Part shown: piece by piece, positions 16,530 through 26,221 of the stretch | Layout of the letters: each line of letters starts with the position of its first letter | Position numbering within the stretch: the first letter of the stretch is position 1 | Assembly: GCA_902793125.1 (NCBI GenBank) | Contig: CADBCC010000008.1 | Coordinates: forward strand, 1,492-65,491 | Source of the DNA: an uncultured Ruminococcus sp. | GTDB taxonomy: Bacteria > Bacillota > Clostridia > Oscillospirales > Acutalibacteraceae | Length of the DNA stretch: 64,000 bases | Direction: 5' to 3' | Position numbers and translations under genes: made by a program | The notes under the pieces: model-generated | Told to the model about the DNA's origin: nothing | Databases searched by the model: none | The model's input: the letters and a program-made list of their open reading frames with translations, nothing else

Positions 16530-17375
16530 TTATTTTTTAAGCGCGTCAATAATTGAATAAGCGTAGCTTGAGAAAATAATCGGAGAAACTACGATAAAGG
16601 TTACTATTACGGCTACCGCAATTACAATTATCAACATAAGGAAAAAGCTCCAAATTGGTTTTTTCCCGTTAATAGTCCTGCTTATTCCCGAGAACAGCAT
16701 CATAAACATCGCTAAAAGACCGAGGGTCGCAAGCGGGTTTATTATAAACGAAAGCGCTCCGCCTGTAATCACATTAAGCAGATACAGCATTATAATCGGC
16801 AAGGTCGCCGCCGAAACGAGGTTAGCGCTGTTGGAAAAATGTCCGTCGCCCTTATGATATTTTATAAACGACCTTACGCCTAATATAAGCGCAAAGGAGT
16901 AAACTATCTCGAAAGCTAACGTAATAAAGAAGATTTCGCCTGAACCAAAAGAACCTTTGGAAAGGAATCCTCCTAAAACTATAGAAAACTCGTGGGAAGA
17001 ATTAAATGTTGCCGTTTCGCTCGCGGAACATAAAAGCACATAAGCGGGAAGCAGAATCGCCCATATCGGCAGCTTTTCGCTGTAGCAGGATGAAACCGTT
17101 TCCACAGCGTTCTTTGAAAAAAATCCCGATATTACTTTCCAAGTCTGCTTTACTGTCATCGCGAATTTAGCGCTTTGGTCATTCTCGTCGGATTCCCGCG
17201 TAACATCAGCTTCGGGTTTTTCCCCGGGCTTTACTTCGGCTTCGGCGGGCTTTTCGGGCTTTTGTTTTTCTTCCGCTTCGGGCTCGGCTGTTTCGGAAGC
17301 CGGGGCGGTTTTTTCTTCTTTTATTTCTTCGGAAACACTCTCGGTTTCCTGAACATTATTTTTCTTATCTTCCAT
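16530..17375 (-). CDS. polytopic membrane protein with acidic N-terminal region
   Basis: Start set at MEDKKNN, preceded by GGAGGT. Glu/Lys/Pro-rich N-terminus followed by several TM helices. Confidence 0.7.
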   Translation of the reverse strand: MEDKKNNVQETESVSEEIKEEKTAPASETAEPEAEEKQKPEKPAEAEVKPGEKPEADVTRESDENDQSAKFAMTVKQTWKVISGFFSKNAVETVSSCYSEKLPIWAILLPAYVLLCSASETATFNSSHEFSIVLGGFLSKGSFGSGEIFFITLAFEIVYSFALILGVRSFIKYHKGDGHFSNSANLVSAATLPIIMLYLLNVITGGALSFIINPLATLGLLAMFMMLFSGISRTINGKKPIWSFFLMLIIVIAVAVIVTFIVVSPIIFSSYAYSIIDALKK

Positions 17376-17484
17376 ACAATACCTCCGTATCCTATATAGG
17401 CATTTTAACACCGTATTAAAAATAATACAATGGTTTTAAGTGTATTTTCAGGAGAATTTCAGAAAATCATCACATAATCCTTTA

Positions 17485-18081
17485 TTAATAATTTCTGATA
17501 AGTGAAATAACCTTACCCAAAAGGATAACGTCATCAACAATTATCGGCTCATAATCATCATTTTCGGGCTGCAGACGAAAATGACCGTCCTCTTTATAAA
17601 AGCGTTTAACCGTAGCGCTGTCGTCAACCAGCGCGACAACAATCTCGCCGTTTTCCGCAACGGGAGTACGGTTTACTATAAGAATATCATCGGGTAAAAT
17701 TCCCGCGTTTATCATACTTTCGCCGCGTACTCTGAGCGCGAAAAGCTCCTTACCGCGTGAAAGATTTTTATCAACTGTTACATAGCATTCAACGTCCTCA
17801 ATCGCGACAATCGGGTTGCCCGCTGCGACTTTACCGACAACAGGTACGCTTTTCGCCGTTGTTTCACCAACAATACGGATACAGCGGTTTAGCCCCGGGT
17901 CACGTTCAATAAGTCCGTGATCCTCAAGCGCCTTTAAATAAAGATGCGCGGTAGAGGTTGATTTAAGACCGACATCCTTGCAGATTTCTCTTACGGACGG
18001 GATTCTTCCGTCTTTTGTACATTCAACAAGATATTCGTAAACTGCTTTCTGTTTTTTTGTCAGCGGTTTTTTCTCCTTCAT
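17485..18081 (-). CDS. lexA: LexA repressor
   Basis: wHTH (SVREICKDVGLKSTSTAHLYLKALE), Ala-Gly cleavage site (VAAGNP), S24 peptidase Ser (GESM) and Lys (TVKRF). The start at MKEKKPL follows AGGAGGTG, and the promoter -10 lies downstream of the track's first ATG. Confidence 0.93.
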   Translation of the reverse strand: MKEKKPLTKKQKAVYEYLVECTKDGRIPSVREICKDVGLKSTSTAHLYLKALEDHGLIERDPGLNRCIRIVGETTAKSVPVVGKVAAGNPIVAIEDVECYVTVDKNLSRGKELFALRVRGESMINAGILPDDILIVNRTPVAENGEIVVALVDDSATVKRFYKEDGHFRLQPENDDYEPIIVDDVILLGKVISLIRNY

Positions 18082-18109
18082 AAAAGCACCTCCTGCTATA
18101 TATACAAAC

Positions 18110-18149
18110 ATAATATCATATCAGCTTATTTTTGTCAAACATTTGTTTA
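18110..18149 (-). promoter_or_regulatory. lexA promoter with overlapping SOS (LexA) box
   Basis: The minus strand reads TTGACA (18133-18138), 17 nt, TATTAT (18110-18115). The palindrome AAACATTTGTTT (18137-18148) overlaps the -35 and resembles the Firmicutes GAAC-N4-GTTC/T box. Confidence 0.6.
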
Positions 18150-18286
18150 AGTGCGAAAATTTTGCTTTTTTTATTTTTCAACGTAATTTCAATCAAAATT
18201 CACATAGTCATCATAATTGAATGTTTTAATATAGACGTACTCAATAGCAGAACCGCAACTGCTGAGTACAGTTCTACCCCTCCTCT

Positions 18287-18314
18287 GTAAGTCGATTCAG
18301 AGACTTACATTTTT
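18287..18314 (+). terminator. plus-strand intrinsic terminator with no annotated gene
   Basis: GTAAGTC, an 8-nt loop, GACTTAC, then ATTTTT. The T-run is present only on the + strand. Confidence 0.55.
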
Positions 18315-18337
18315 GTACCCCTCATTTTCTTTTTTTA

Positions 18338-18374
18338 GAACAGAGAAAACGCCGAGTTTTTACTCGGCGTTTTC
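18338..18374 (-). terminator. terminator after pbp2
   Basis: GAAAACGCCGAG / CTCGGCGTTTTC stem, T-rich after it on the minus strand. Confidence 0.75.
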
Positions 18375-18382
18375 GTATTTTA

Positions 18383-20554
18383 TCAGTTATATTCGCTGTA
18401 TTCATTATTCTCGTTATAGTCGTTATAATCTTCGGAGTCGTTATTCTCGTTATAATCATTATCATAATCGTTGGACGGAGGAGCGGAAGTTTCTTCGACT
18501 TTTTTCTTTTTATTAAGCTTAAAATACTCATCCAAAAGCGCTTTAGCGACGTTCATACTGTAACGTCCCTGGGCGCCGTGTTCAAGAACTACCGCTATAG
18601 CAACCTTGGGCTTATCGTACGGCGCGTAGCAGATAAATACCGTATGGTCGGAGCCGGCGTTCTCGGCTGTACCTGTTTTTGCCGCTACGGGAACACTGTA
18701 GTTTCCGAATACCGAATAAGCTGTTCCTCCGGGATCCACGACAACATTTCTCATCGCGCTCTGAACTACCGAAAGATTGTATTTAGACACACCGCAGGTA
18801 TCCTCAACCTCGGGCTTTTTGGTATTGTATTTAAACACGGTTTTTGTACGTTCGTAGTTTTTTATTTCTTTAATAAGATGGGTGCGGTATCTTTTTCCGT
18901 TGTTGGCGATTGTCGCCGTATAGGTTGCAAGCTGCACGGGTGTAAAAGCGTTGTCCGACTGACCGATAGCTGCCTGAACCGTATTACCTTCCTGCCAGGT
19001 TTTGCTGTCTCGTCCCGCTAAGATACCGTTGCTCTCCTCGATTTCTACTCCTGTTTTTTCACCGAGTCCGAATTTTTCGGCGTAAAGATACATTGTGTCG
19101 ATACCGAGTCTGCGTCCTGTTTCGGCAAAATAATAGTTACAGCTCTTTGTAATCGCTGTTCTGACTCCTATTGAACCGTGCGTACCCAAACATTTTACGG
19201 GGTTGGTGGGATAATGGTCGTAAACCCTTGTACAGGTTATAAACGTTCCCTCGTCGATAATATTTTCCTGAAGCGCCGCGGCGGCTACACAGGGTTTAAA
19301 TACCGAACCGGGCGCGAACGAACCGACGAAAGCGCGGTTATAAATCGGAGAATACTTATCAGTCGAAAGTTTTACATAATACTTTCCGTACTTGGAATAT
19401 TTATTTAAATCGAAAGTCGGATAGCTCGAAGCCGCTAATACCGAGAAATCTTTTACATTAAGCATTACAACCGCGCCTGTGTGGCAGTCGGCTCCGACTC
19501 CGTCGCCTCTGCTCTGACCGTAGTTTCTCGCCGCGTTTACTTCTTTTTTAAGCGCGTCGTTGGCAACTTTCTGGAGCTTGCTGTCGAGCGTAAGGTAGAG
19601 TGTGTTTCCGGGTTTCGCGTTAACAGATTCAACAACCTTTGTAACTTTACCGTCGGCATTTTTTTGAACAATTCTTTCGCCGCCGGTGCCTTTAAGCTGG
19701 TCTTCGTAAGAAAGCTCCAGTCCGAATTTTCCGATACTGTCGTTAAGGCCGTATTCCTTGCCTTCTTCTTTTTTCTTATCGTATTCTTCTTTTGTAATGC
19801 TTCCGAGCGAGCCTAAAATATGCGGCGCGATTTTTCCTTTCGGATTATAGCGGGTAAGGTAGGTCTGGATTTCCACACCGCTTACGCTCTGCATATTTTC
19901 GCTAACAATCGCGAGCATATCGGAGCTTATTCCTTCCGCGAAAATATACGGATTAGTGTTGGAATACCACATTCTCTCCATATTGTACCGTACCGAAGCG
20001 ATATTTCTCAGCGCTTGTCTTGTACGGTATTTTTTTACGTCGATTTTATAACGCTCCAATAAAAGACGCATACAGGTTTCGGCGCTGTCGGAATCATTAA
20101 GATTTAAATAATCTTTTGATTTAAGCACCTTGATTTCGTCTTTTTTACTTGTTTTGAATTTAAATTTTCCGTTGCTTATTTTTATCGGAAGTTTATCTAT
20201 CCATTCTTCTTTTCTGATTTTTAAAAGTTTAATTAATGACGTAATTGTATCGTCAAGCTTATCTTCGTCAATATAAAGCTTATCGAGTACAATGCGGTAG
20301 CCGGTGCGGTTTACGGCAAGGCCTTTTCCGTTACGGTCTAAAATCTCTCCGCGGGTAGCGTCGGTTGTTACGGTATAGGCGGTAGATGTATCGGCAAGTT
20401 TTGAATAATCTTTTCCCTCAACAATCTGCCACATAAACAGCCTGCAGGCAAAACCGCAGAAAATCACAAGAAGTATAAGCACGCAAATAATCGCTCTTTT
20501 ATTTAAAAAGCGTTTTTCCTCAGCTTGTTTTTCTTTATCGTCAATTTGAATCAT
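18383..20554 (-). CDS. mrdA: penicillin-binding protein 2 (elongation transpeptidase)
   Basis: N-terminal TM, SxxK (SVFK), SxN (SCN) and KTG (KTGTA) motifs. Located downstream of mreBCD. Confidence 0.92.
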   Translation of the reverse strand: MIQIDDKEKQAEEKRFLNKRAIICVLILLVIFCGFACRLFMWQIVEGKDYSKLADTSTAYTVTTDATRGEILDRNGKGLAVNRTGYRIVLDKLYIDEDKLDDTITSLIKLLKIRKEEWIDKLPIKISNGKFKFKTSKKDEIKVLKSKDYLNLNDSDSAETCMRLLLERYKIDVKKYRTRQALRNIASVRYNMERMWYSNTNPYIFAEGISSDMLAIVSENMQSVSGVEIQTYLTRYNPKGKIAPHILGSLGSITKEEYDKKKEEGKEYGLNDSIGKFGLELSYEDQLKGTGGERIVQKNADGKVTKVVESVNAKPGNTLYLTLDSKLQKVANDALKKEVNAARNYGQSRGDGVGADCHTGAVVMLNVKDFSVLAASSYPTFDLNKYSKYGKYYVKLSTDKYSPIYNRAFVGSFAPGSVFKPCVAAAALQENIIDEGTFITCTRVYDHYPTNPVKCLGTHGSIGVRTAITKSCNYYFAETGRRLGIDTMYLYAEKFGLGEKTGVEIEESNGILAGRDSKTWQEGNTVQAAIGQSDNAFTPVQLATYTATIANNGKRYRTHLIKEIKNYERTKTVFKYNTKKPEVEDTCGVSKYNLSVVQSAMRNVVVDPGGTAYSVFGNYSVPVAAKTGTAENAGSDHTVFICYAPYDKPKVAIAVVLEHGAQGRYSMNVAKALLDEYFKLNKKKKVEETSAPPSNDYDNDYNENNDSEDYNDYNENNEYSEYN

Positions 20555-20610
20555 TATTTTTAATTCTCCTCGTCAAACCGTGAGTCCCTGTTTAAATGCT
20601 TTCTCTGCTC

Positions 20611-21120
20611 TTAATAATCAAGCAGGCTTCTGAACAGTCCTTTGTTAACAAAATAAAGAATTACTCCGCACAATATGGTGTAAATAATTTTTGAAACATA
20701 ATGATTTAAAAAATACATTCCGGGTTCGGCTTTTCCCGCGAAAACATAGAAAAATAAAAAATTAACGCAGATAAGCACGGTTATTATTACCGCGGAAAAC
20801 GCTGTGGCGTTTAAAAAACTTACCACCATATAATCTCTGAATATCCAGCCCAGCAAAAAGCAGATAACTCCGAGCAGGACTGTATAGTATCCTAAATTAT
20901 CGCCGTAGCCTAAATCAAGTAAAATTCCGCAGGAAAGCCCGAAGAACATAGCGGGAATCTCGGGTTCAAAATATGCTATTGTAAGCGCCGCGGGAATCAG
21001 CAGCAGCGGCCGTCCGCCCATAACTTCGGGAATCAGGTTCGGGGTTGACTGTATAATAAACAGCAGGAGTATCTCAAGACCGAAAGCAAAATAACGGACA
21101 ACTGTAAATTTTTTGTCCAC
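20611..21120 (-). CDS. mreD: rod shape-determining protein MreD
   Basis: 169-aa polytopic membrane protein directly after mreC. Confidence 0.85.
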   Translation of the reverse strand: MDKKFTVVRYFAFGLEILLLFIIQSTPNLIPEVMGGRPLLLIPAALTIAYFEPEIPAMFFGLSCGILLDLGYGDNLGYYTVLLGVICFLLGWIFRDYMVVSFLNATAFSAVIITVLICVNFLFFYVFAGKAEPGMYFLNHYVSKIIYTILCGVILYFVNKGLFRSLLDY

Positions 21121-21122
21121 TA

Positions 21123-21962
21123 TTATTTCTCCTTTTCCGAAATCCTTTTTATTTCGCCTTTATTCTTAAAATCTGTAAGAACTACTACGTCCGTTACCTT
21201 TTTTATGTTTTCATACGGAGTTACAACGGCGTATTTTGTAGCGTCGTATTTATCGTATTTAATATCGCTTACTTTTCCGACGATAAGATTTTCGGGGTAA
21301 ATTCCGCCGATACCCGACGTTGTAATTATATCGTCTTTTTTAATCTTCGCGTTCGCGTCGATTTTTGAGAGCGTTGTTTTATTATCGTCCGCGTAAAGCG
21401 CGCTTCCGGCTATAACTCCGCTGTCCTTAGTACGTTTATCGAGCGCTCCCGCCTGTAAATCGGGCGAAAGAATTGTTGTAACTTTACTGCTTACGGCGTT
21501 CGCGGAACTGATAAATCCGACAAGTCCGTTTTCCGTAATTACGGGATCCTGTACGTAAACCCCGTTAGTCGTTCCGACGTCTATCGAGAACGAGTAAAAG
21601 TCCTGGCTCGAGTCGCGGCGGATTACCGACGCGGGCATAATCTCATAATCGCTGTTGCCTTTTTTTATTTTATAATATTTCCAAAGCCGCGCGTTTTCGT
21701 CTTTTAGGTCGTAGTAGTCAACCAACTGCGTACGTAAATTCGCGCTTTCTTTTTTAAGAGCTTTATTTTCTTCTAATAATTCGTCATAGGTTTTCTCTCC
21801 CTGAGAGGCAGCGGCCGCGCTTACCTGGGAAAGGCCTTTTGTAAGAAAGTTTACTCCCGATGACAAAAACGGTCTGCCTGCCGCGCTGATTATCATTACT
21901 AAGATAACCGCCGCTATTGTTATCGAAACTATTTTTACTTTTTTGTCAGAAAAAAACTCCAT
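21123..21962 (-). CDS. mreC: rod shape-determining protein MreC
   Basis: N-terminal TM, coiled coil, and beta-barrel domains ending in GGIYPENLIVGKV. Confidence 0.9.
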   Translation of the reverse strand: MEFFSDKKVKIVSITIAAVILVMIISAAGRPFLSSGVNFLTKGLSQVSAAAASQGEKTYDELLEENKALKKESANLRTQLVDYYDLKDENARLWKYYKIKKGNSDYEIMPASVIRRDSSQDFYSFSIDVGTTNGVYVQDPVITENGLVGFISSANAVSSKVTTILSPDLQAGALDKRTKDSGVIAGSALYADDNKTTLSKIDANAKIKKDDIITTSGIGGIYPENLIVGKVSDIKYDKYDATKYAVVTPYENIKKVTDVVVLTDFKNKGEIKRISEKEK

Positions 21963-21971
21963 TTTTTATTG

Positions 21972-22350
21972 TCCACGTCAAGCGTGAACGTTCCTTTCTT
22001 AATTGTGTTGTCCCCCGCACATTTAGTGTCCTGTGAAATTTTGGATAGAGAGGACAGGTTCTGCGTTTTAACTCCACGTCAAGCGTGAACGTTCCTTTCT
22101 AAATTGTGTTATCCCCCGCACGTTCATTGTCCTGTGAAATTTTGGATAGAGAGGACAGGTTCTGCGTTTTAGCTCACATCAAGCGTAAACGTTCCTTTCT
22201 TAATTGTGTTGTCCCCCGCACGTTCATTGTCCTGTGAAATTTTGGATAGAGAGGACAGGTTCTGCGTTTTAACTCCACATCAAGCGTAAACGTTCCTTTC
22301 TAAATTGTGTTATCCCCCTAAGGTTTATAATTCTGTGAAAAACTGACAGG
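21972..22350. repeat. tandem array of a ~101-bp unit (3 full copies plus 1 degenerate)
   Basis: Units start at 21972, 22073, 22174 and 22274. They are near-identical through TCCCCCGCAC...TGTCCTGTGAAATTTTGGATAGAGAGGACAGGTTCTGCGTTTTA. The last copy decays after 22318. Confidence 0.9.
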
Positions 22351-22460
22351 GATAATCCGAGGTTATAAATCAAGCCGAGCTTTCTTCCCGACCGCAATTC
22401 TCAATTCATAATTGCAACGGGCTGACCTAAAACTAAGCCAGCCCTTTACTTTTCAGCTTA

Positions 22461-23471
22461 TTACTCGCGGTTATGCTTATACTCCGCTCTTGTGCCGTCA
22501 AGGCGTTTTCCCGTACCTTCGACAACGCAATCGAGCGGACGGCTGGCAACGTGCACAGGCATACCTGTCTCTTCCATAACAAGACGGTCAAGTCCGCGAA
22601 GCATTGCTCCGCCGCCTGTAAGCATAATTCCATGGTCAATAATATCCGCGGAAAGCTCGGGCGGAGTTTTCTCTAATGTATCTTTAATCGCGTCAATAAT
22701 AATCATCAGCGGGTCGGCAAGCGCGTCGCGGATTTCAGCCGCTGAAATTGTAATATCCTTGGGAAGTCCCGATTCTAAGCTTCTGCCCTTAATAAGCATA
22801 TCTTTTTCGTCGGGATACGGATACGCCGAGCCGATTGAAAGCTTAATTTCCTCGGCGGTTCTGTCGCCTATGAGCAGGTTATATTTCTTCTTAATATAAG
22901 TAACAATCGCTTCGTCAAATTTATCTCCCGCAACTCTTACGGAACAAGCTGTTACAATATCTCCGAGCGAGATTACGGCAACTTCCGAAGTTCCGCCGCC
23001 GATATCAACTACCATTGAACCTGTGGGCTCGTCTACGGGAAGTCCCGCGCCGATAGCCGCCGCCATAGGCTCTTCTATCAACATAATGTTTTTACTTCCG
23101 CTTGCGGATACCGCGGCGTTCTCAACCGCGCGGCGCTCAACTTCGGTTACGCCTGTAGGCATACAGATAATTATTCTCGGCTTGCTGAAGAAAGAGGGCT
23201 TTGCCGCTTTTCTTATAAAATGCTTCAGCATAGTAGCGGTAATATCAAAATCAGCGATAACTCCGTCTTTAAGCGGGCGAACCGCTACAATTGAACCCGG
23301 AGTTCTTCCTATCATATCCCTTGCCTGCTGACCTACGGCTAAAACTGTATCGTTGCGGATATCAACCGCCACAACCGACGGCTCGCGCATTACGATTCCT
23401 TTGCCTTTCATACAAACGAGGGTATTAGCTGTACCTAAGTCAATTCCTATATCTTTTGAAAATGAAAACAT
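22461..23471 (-). CDS. mreB: rod shape-determining actin homologue MreB
   Basis: [25 protein letters not shown] and [14 protein letters not shown] motifs. Confidence 0.96.
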   Translation of the reverse strand: MFSFSKDIGIDLGTANTLVCMKGKGIVMREPSVVAVDIRNDTVLAVGQQARDMIGRTPGSIVAVRPLKDGVIADFDITATMLKHFIRKAAKPSFFSKPRIIICMPTGVTEVERRAVENAAVSASGSKNIMLIEEPMAAAIGAGLPVDEPTGSMVVDIGGGTSEVAVISLGDIVTACSVRVAGDKFDEAIVTYIKKKYNLLIGDRTAEEIKLSIGSAYPYPDEKDMLIKGRSLESGLPKDITISAAEIRDALADPLMIIIDAIKDTLEKTPPELSADIIDHGIMLTGGGAMLRGLDRLVMEETGMPVHVASRPLDCVVEGTGKRLDGTRAEYKHNRE

Positions 23472-23550
23472 ATTGTTACTCCTTTCGGAATTAAACTATC
23501 ATATCTTTATTATTATAGCTGATTATGCCCTGTAAATCAACCTTAATTTG

Positions 23551-23991
23551 TCATTTTTTGCCCGTTGAGCCAAAACCGCCTTCCCCGCGGTCGGTTTTGT
23601 CGAGATTTTCGGCGGGTTTAAATTCGGGAATAATTACGGGAGATATTACCATCTGGCAGATTCTTTCATTCGGACTGATGGTATAAGGCTCTTTGCTTAC
23701 GTTGCAAAGCCCGACCATAATCTCTCCGCGGTAGTCGGAATCAATTACGCCCACTCCGTTCGCGAGGCAGATTCCGTGTTTTACTCCGAGCCCCGATCTC
23801 GCGTATAAAAAAGCTGCCGCCGTACTGTCCGGCAAAGCTATGGCGACTCCGGTCGGAATCTTTTTTATCTCTCCGGGATTTATTGTAACGCTTTCCTCAA
23901 TACACGCGTACAAATCCGCGCCCGCCGAGCCCTCTGTAGCCCGGGTAGGCAAAACCGCGTTTTCTTTAAGTTTTTTTATTTTTACTTCCAT
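23551..23991 (-). CDS. dut: dUTP diphosphatase
   Basis: GSAGADLYA, GVIDSDYRGEI and RGEGGFGSTG motifs. Confidence 0.95.
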   Translation of the reverse strand: MEVKIKKLKENAVLPTRATEGSAGADLYACIEESVTINPGEIKKIPTGVAIALPDSTAAAFLYARSGLGVKHGICLANGVGVIDSDYRGEIMVGLCNVSKEPYTISPNERICQMVISPVIIPEFKPAENLDKTDRGEGGFGSTGKK

Positions 23992-24157
23992 TTTCGTTCT
24001 CCCGAATAAATATTTGCTTTTTTATATAAACTTGCAAAAATATAAAAATCCTGCAAAAATACATTAAGTAAATATTTATTCATTTTTTATTATTCTTATA
24101 GGTAAAAATAGTATTTTCTTATCGGGAATTTTCAAAAATTCCCTTGCGGAATATTAT

Positions 24158-26221
24158 CTAAAATACTCCCCTTTTTAACAATCCGTGTGTCTTTTCGGTG
24201 GAATTAAGGCAATCACTAATGAAATCGGCTATGTTTTCCACGTTTTCCACAGAGTTTTCCACAGAAAAACGGAAAAAAGAAATGTCTATGTTTTTGCTGT
24301 GTCTTACTTCGTTTATCTCCTCAACCTGCACGTTGTTGAGCACTTCCGAAGCATAGCCGTCGCAGTAAAAAATGAAAGTTTTACCTAATCTGTCCTTCAT
24401 TTTTCCGCTTCCAGAACAGTTTTTACAATCCGCGTCCGCGCTTTTATTCGGGCAGTTTCTAACGAGCATAACGGGAAGATAACCGAAGCTTATTACTCCC
24501 CTCGGAATATCTCCGCCGAGTTTTTCCGCCTGATTAAGCGTAAGCTCAAAACTCAGTTCCGTATCTGTAAAACCGGTTTTTCGCGCCCAGTTTAAATCCA
24601 AAGTGTTTGTTAAATTGAGCCCGAAGCCGCCGTGGATTCTCAAATTCAGTTCTTTCGCGATATAAACAGCGGCTAAACTGTTGCAGAGAACATCGTTTAA
24701 ACCGATGTCTTTAAACTCTTTAAGTTTACTTATAACCTTTTCTTCTCTTGAAAACAGCGCTCTCGGAATTTCTATTCCGATTTTAAAACCGCTTTTTACA
24801 AGGTCTTTTACTTTTGAGATTTCGGTATTCACGGGTACAAAACATAAATCAAAACTCTTAAAGCCTGTACCGATTGACGCGCCGTTAAACCGCGCGTAAT
24901 ATAATTTTTTCTCCGCTTTATGGGGATTAATTTCGGGAATCTTAATTTTATTAATTTTATAGGATTTTGCGTTTGCCCTTTTTTCGCCCAGCAAATCGAG
25001 CGCGTCGCGCCTGAGTTTATTAAGCGCGGACATACGAAGCGAGATATTTTCTTCCGCGTTTATTATCAGCTCAACTATATTATAGGGCGTACCGCCTGTT
25101 TTTAACAGCTGAGTTCTTATTTTTTCTTCGCCGATTTTTACTTTTTCCGCTTTTTCGCAGCTTTCTTCGCTTATAACTTCAACCTTATTTTTTCCGTCGC
25201 TTATTTTCAGTTTTGCTTTTTCACCGATTGCGGCAAAAAATTCCGCGCTGATATCAACCCTTTTCAGTTCGTCTTTATAGCTGTTTTTTATTTCGCTGAG
25301 AAGTTTAGGGGTTGCCGAAACAACGTCATCTTTACGGCGGTAACCGAACATCTCGTACCCTCTTTTTGAGGTATAATAACCGTCTGTGAAACCTGTACGG
25401 GAAAAAACGCTCTCGAGATTTTCTTTTGTTTTTTCGTCTACCGCGCCGTTATCTCTTGATTCAACGCAGGCTCTTGTCGCGGCGGCTACATATTCGGGAC
25501 GTTTAAGCCTTCCCTCTATCTTCGCCGAGGCGACTCCGATTTCTTCTAAATCACGGATATAATCAATTATGCTGTTATCCTTTAAGCTGAGCGCGTATTT
25601 GCTTTTTCCGATTTTAAAGGGAAGTCTGCAAGTCTGGGCACAGCGTCCGCGGTTTCCGCTTCTTGAGCCTATAACCGCGCTGAAATAGCATTGTCCCGAA
25701 ACGCTCATACACAGCGCTCCGTGCACAAACACCTCAAGCTCTATCGGACAGCTTTCGGCTATTTCGATAATTTCCTCGCGGCTCAGCTCGCGCGCCAAAA
25801 CAACCCGCTTAAAACCCTGTTCATAAAGAAGCTTCGCTCCGCTCGGAGAATGTACGCTCATCTGGGTTGAGGCGTGCAGAGGAAGTTCGGGTGCGATTTT
25901 TTTAGCGAGCGACGCTATTCCCATATTCTGAACTATCAGCGCGTCAACGCCCGCTTTCGCGCAGAGAGTTATAACTTCCTTCGCTTTTTCGAGTTCGCTG
26001 TCGAAAACAACGGTATTCACCGTAACGTAAACGCGAACTCCGCGGATATGGCAATACTGAACAGTCTTTTTTATTTCATCTTCGTCGAAGTTCTGAGCTC
26101 CCGCGCGAGCGGAAAGTTCCTTTGCTCCGATATAAACAGCGTCGGCTCCGCTTCTTGCCGCGGCAATTACGGAGTCAAATCCTCCACAGGGAGAAAGTAT
26201 CTCAATTTTTTTCATCTTCAA
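24158..26221 (-). CDS. peptidase U32 family protein (long fused form)
   Basis: U32 signature EVFVHGALCMSVSGQCYFS and an N-terminal TIM-barrel-like region. Confidence 0.85.
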   Translation of the reverse strand: MKMKKIEILSPCGGFDSVIAAARSGADAVYIGAKELSARAGAQNFDEDEIKKTVQYCHIRGVRVYVTVNTVVFDSELEKAKEVITLCAKAGVDALIVQNMGIASLAKKIAPELPLHASTQMSVHSPSGAKLLYEQGFKRVVLARELSREEIIEIAESCPIELEVFVHGALCMSVSGQCYFSAVIGSRSGNRGRCAQTCRLPFKIGKSKYALSLKDNSIIDYIRDLEEIGVASAKIEGRLKRPEYVAAATRACVESRDNGAVDEKTKENLESVFSRTGFTDGYYTSKRGYEMFGYRRKDDVVSATPKLLSEIKNSYKDELKRVDISAEFFAAIGEKAKLKISDGKNKVEVISEESCEKAEKVKIGEEKIRTQLLKTGGTPYNIVELIINAEENISLRMSALNKLRRDALDLLGEKRANAKSYKINKIKIPEINPHKAEKKLYYARFNGASIGTGFKSFDLCFVPVNTEISKVKDLVKSGFKIGIEIPRALFSREEKVISKLKEFKDIGLNDVLCNSLAAVYIAKELNLRIHGGFGLNLTNTLDLNWARKTGFTDTELSFELTLNQAEKLGGDIPRGVISFGYLPVMLVRNCPNKSADADCKNCSGSGKMKDRLGKTFIFYCDGYASEVLNNVQVEEINEVRHSKNIDISFFRFSVENSVENVENIADFISDCLNSTEKTHGLLKRGVF

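Noticed and set aside
17485-18111. Long N-terminal extensions in the ORF track (lexA, guaB, aquaporin, gyrB, 16530-17411, 63255-63857, 11705-12580)
   Set aside because: In each case an internal ATG or GTG has a well-spaced Shine-Dalgarno and matches the usual family N-terminus. For lexA the predicted -10 lies downstream of the longer start.
21972-22350. Possible CRISPR array
   Set aside because: The whole ~101-bp unit repeats head-to-tail with no unique spacers, the repeat length is far above CRISPR repeats, and there are no cas genes.
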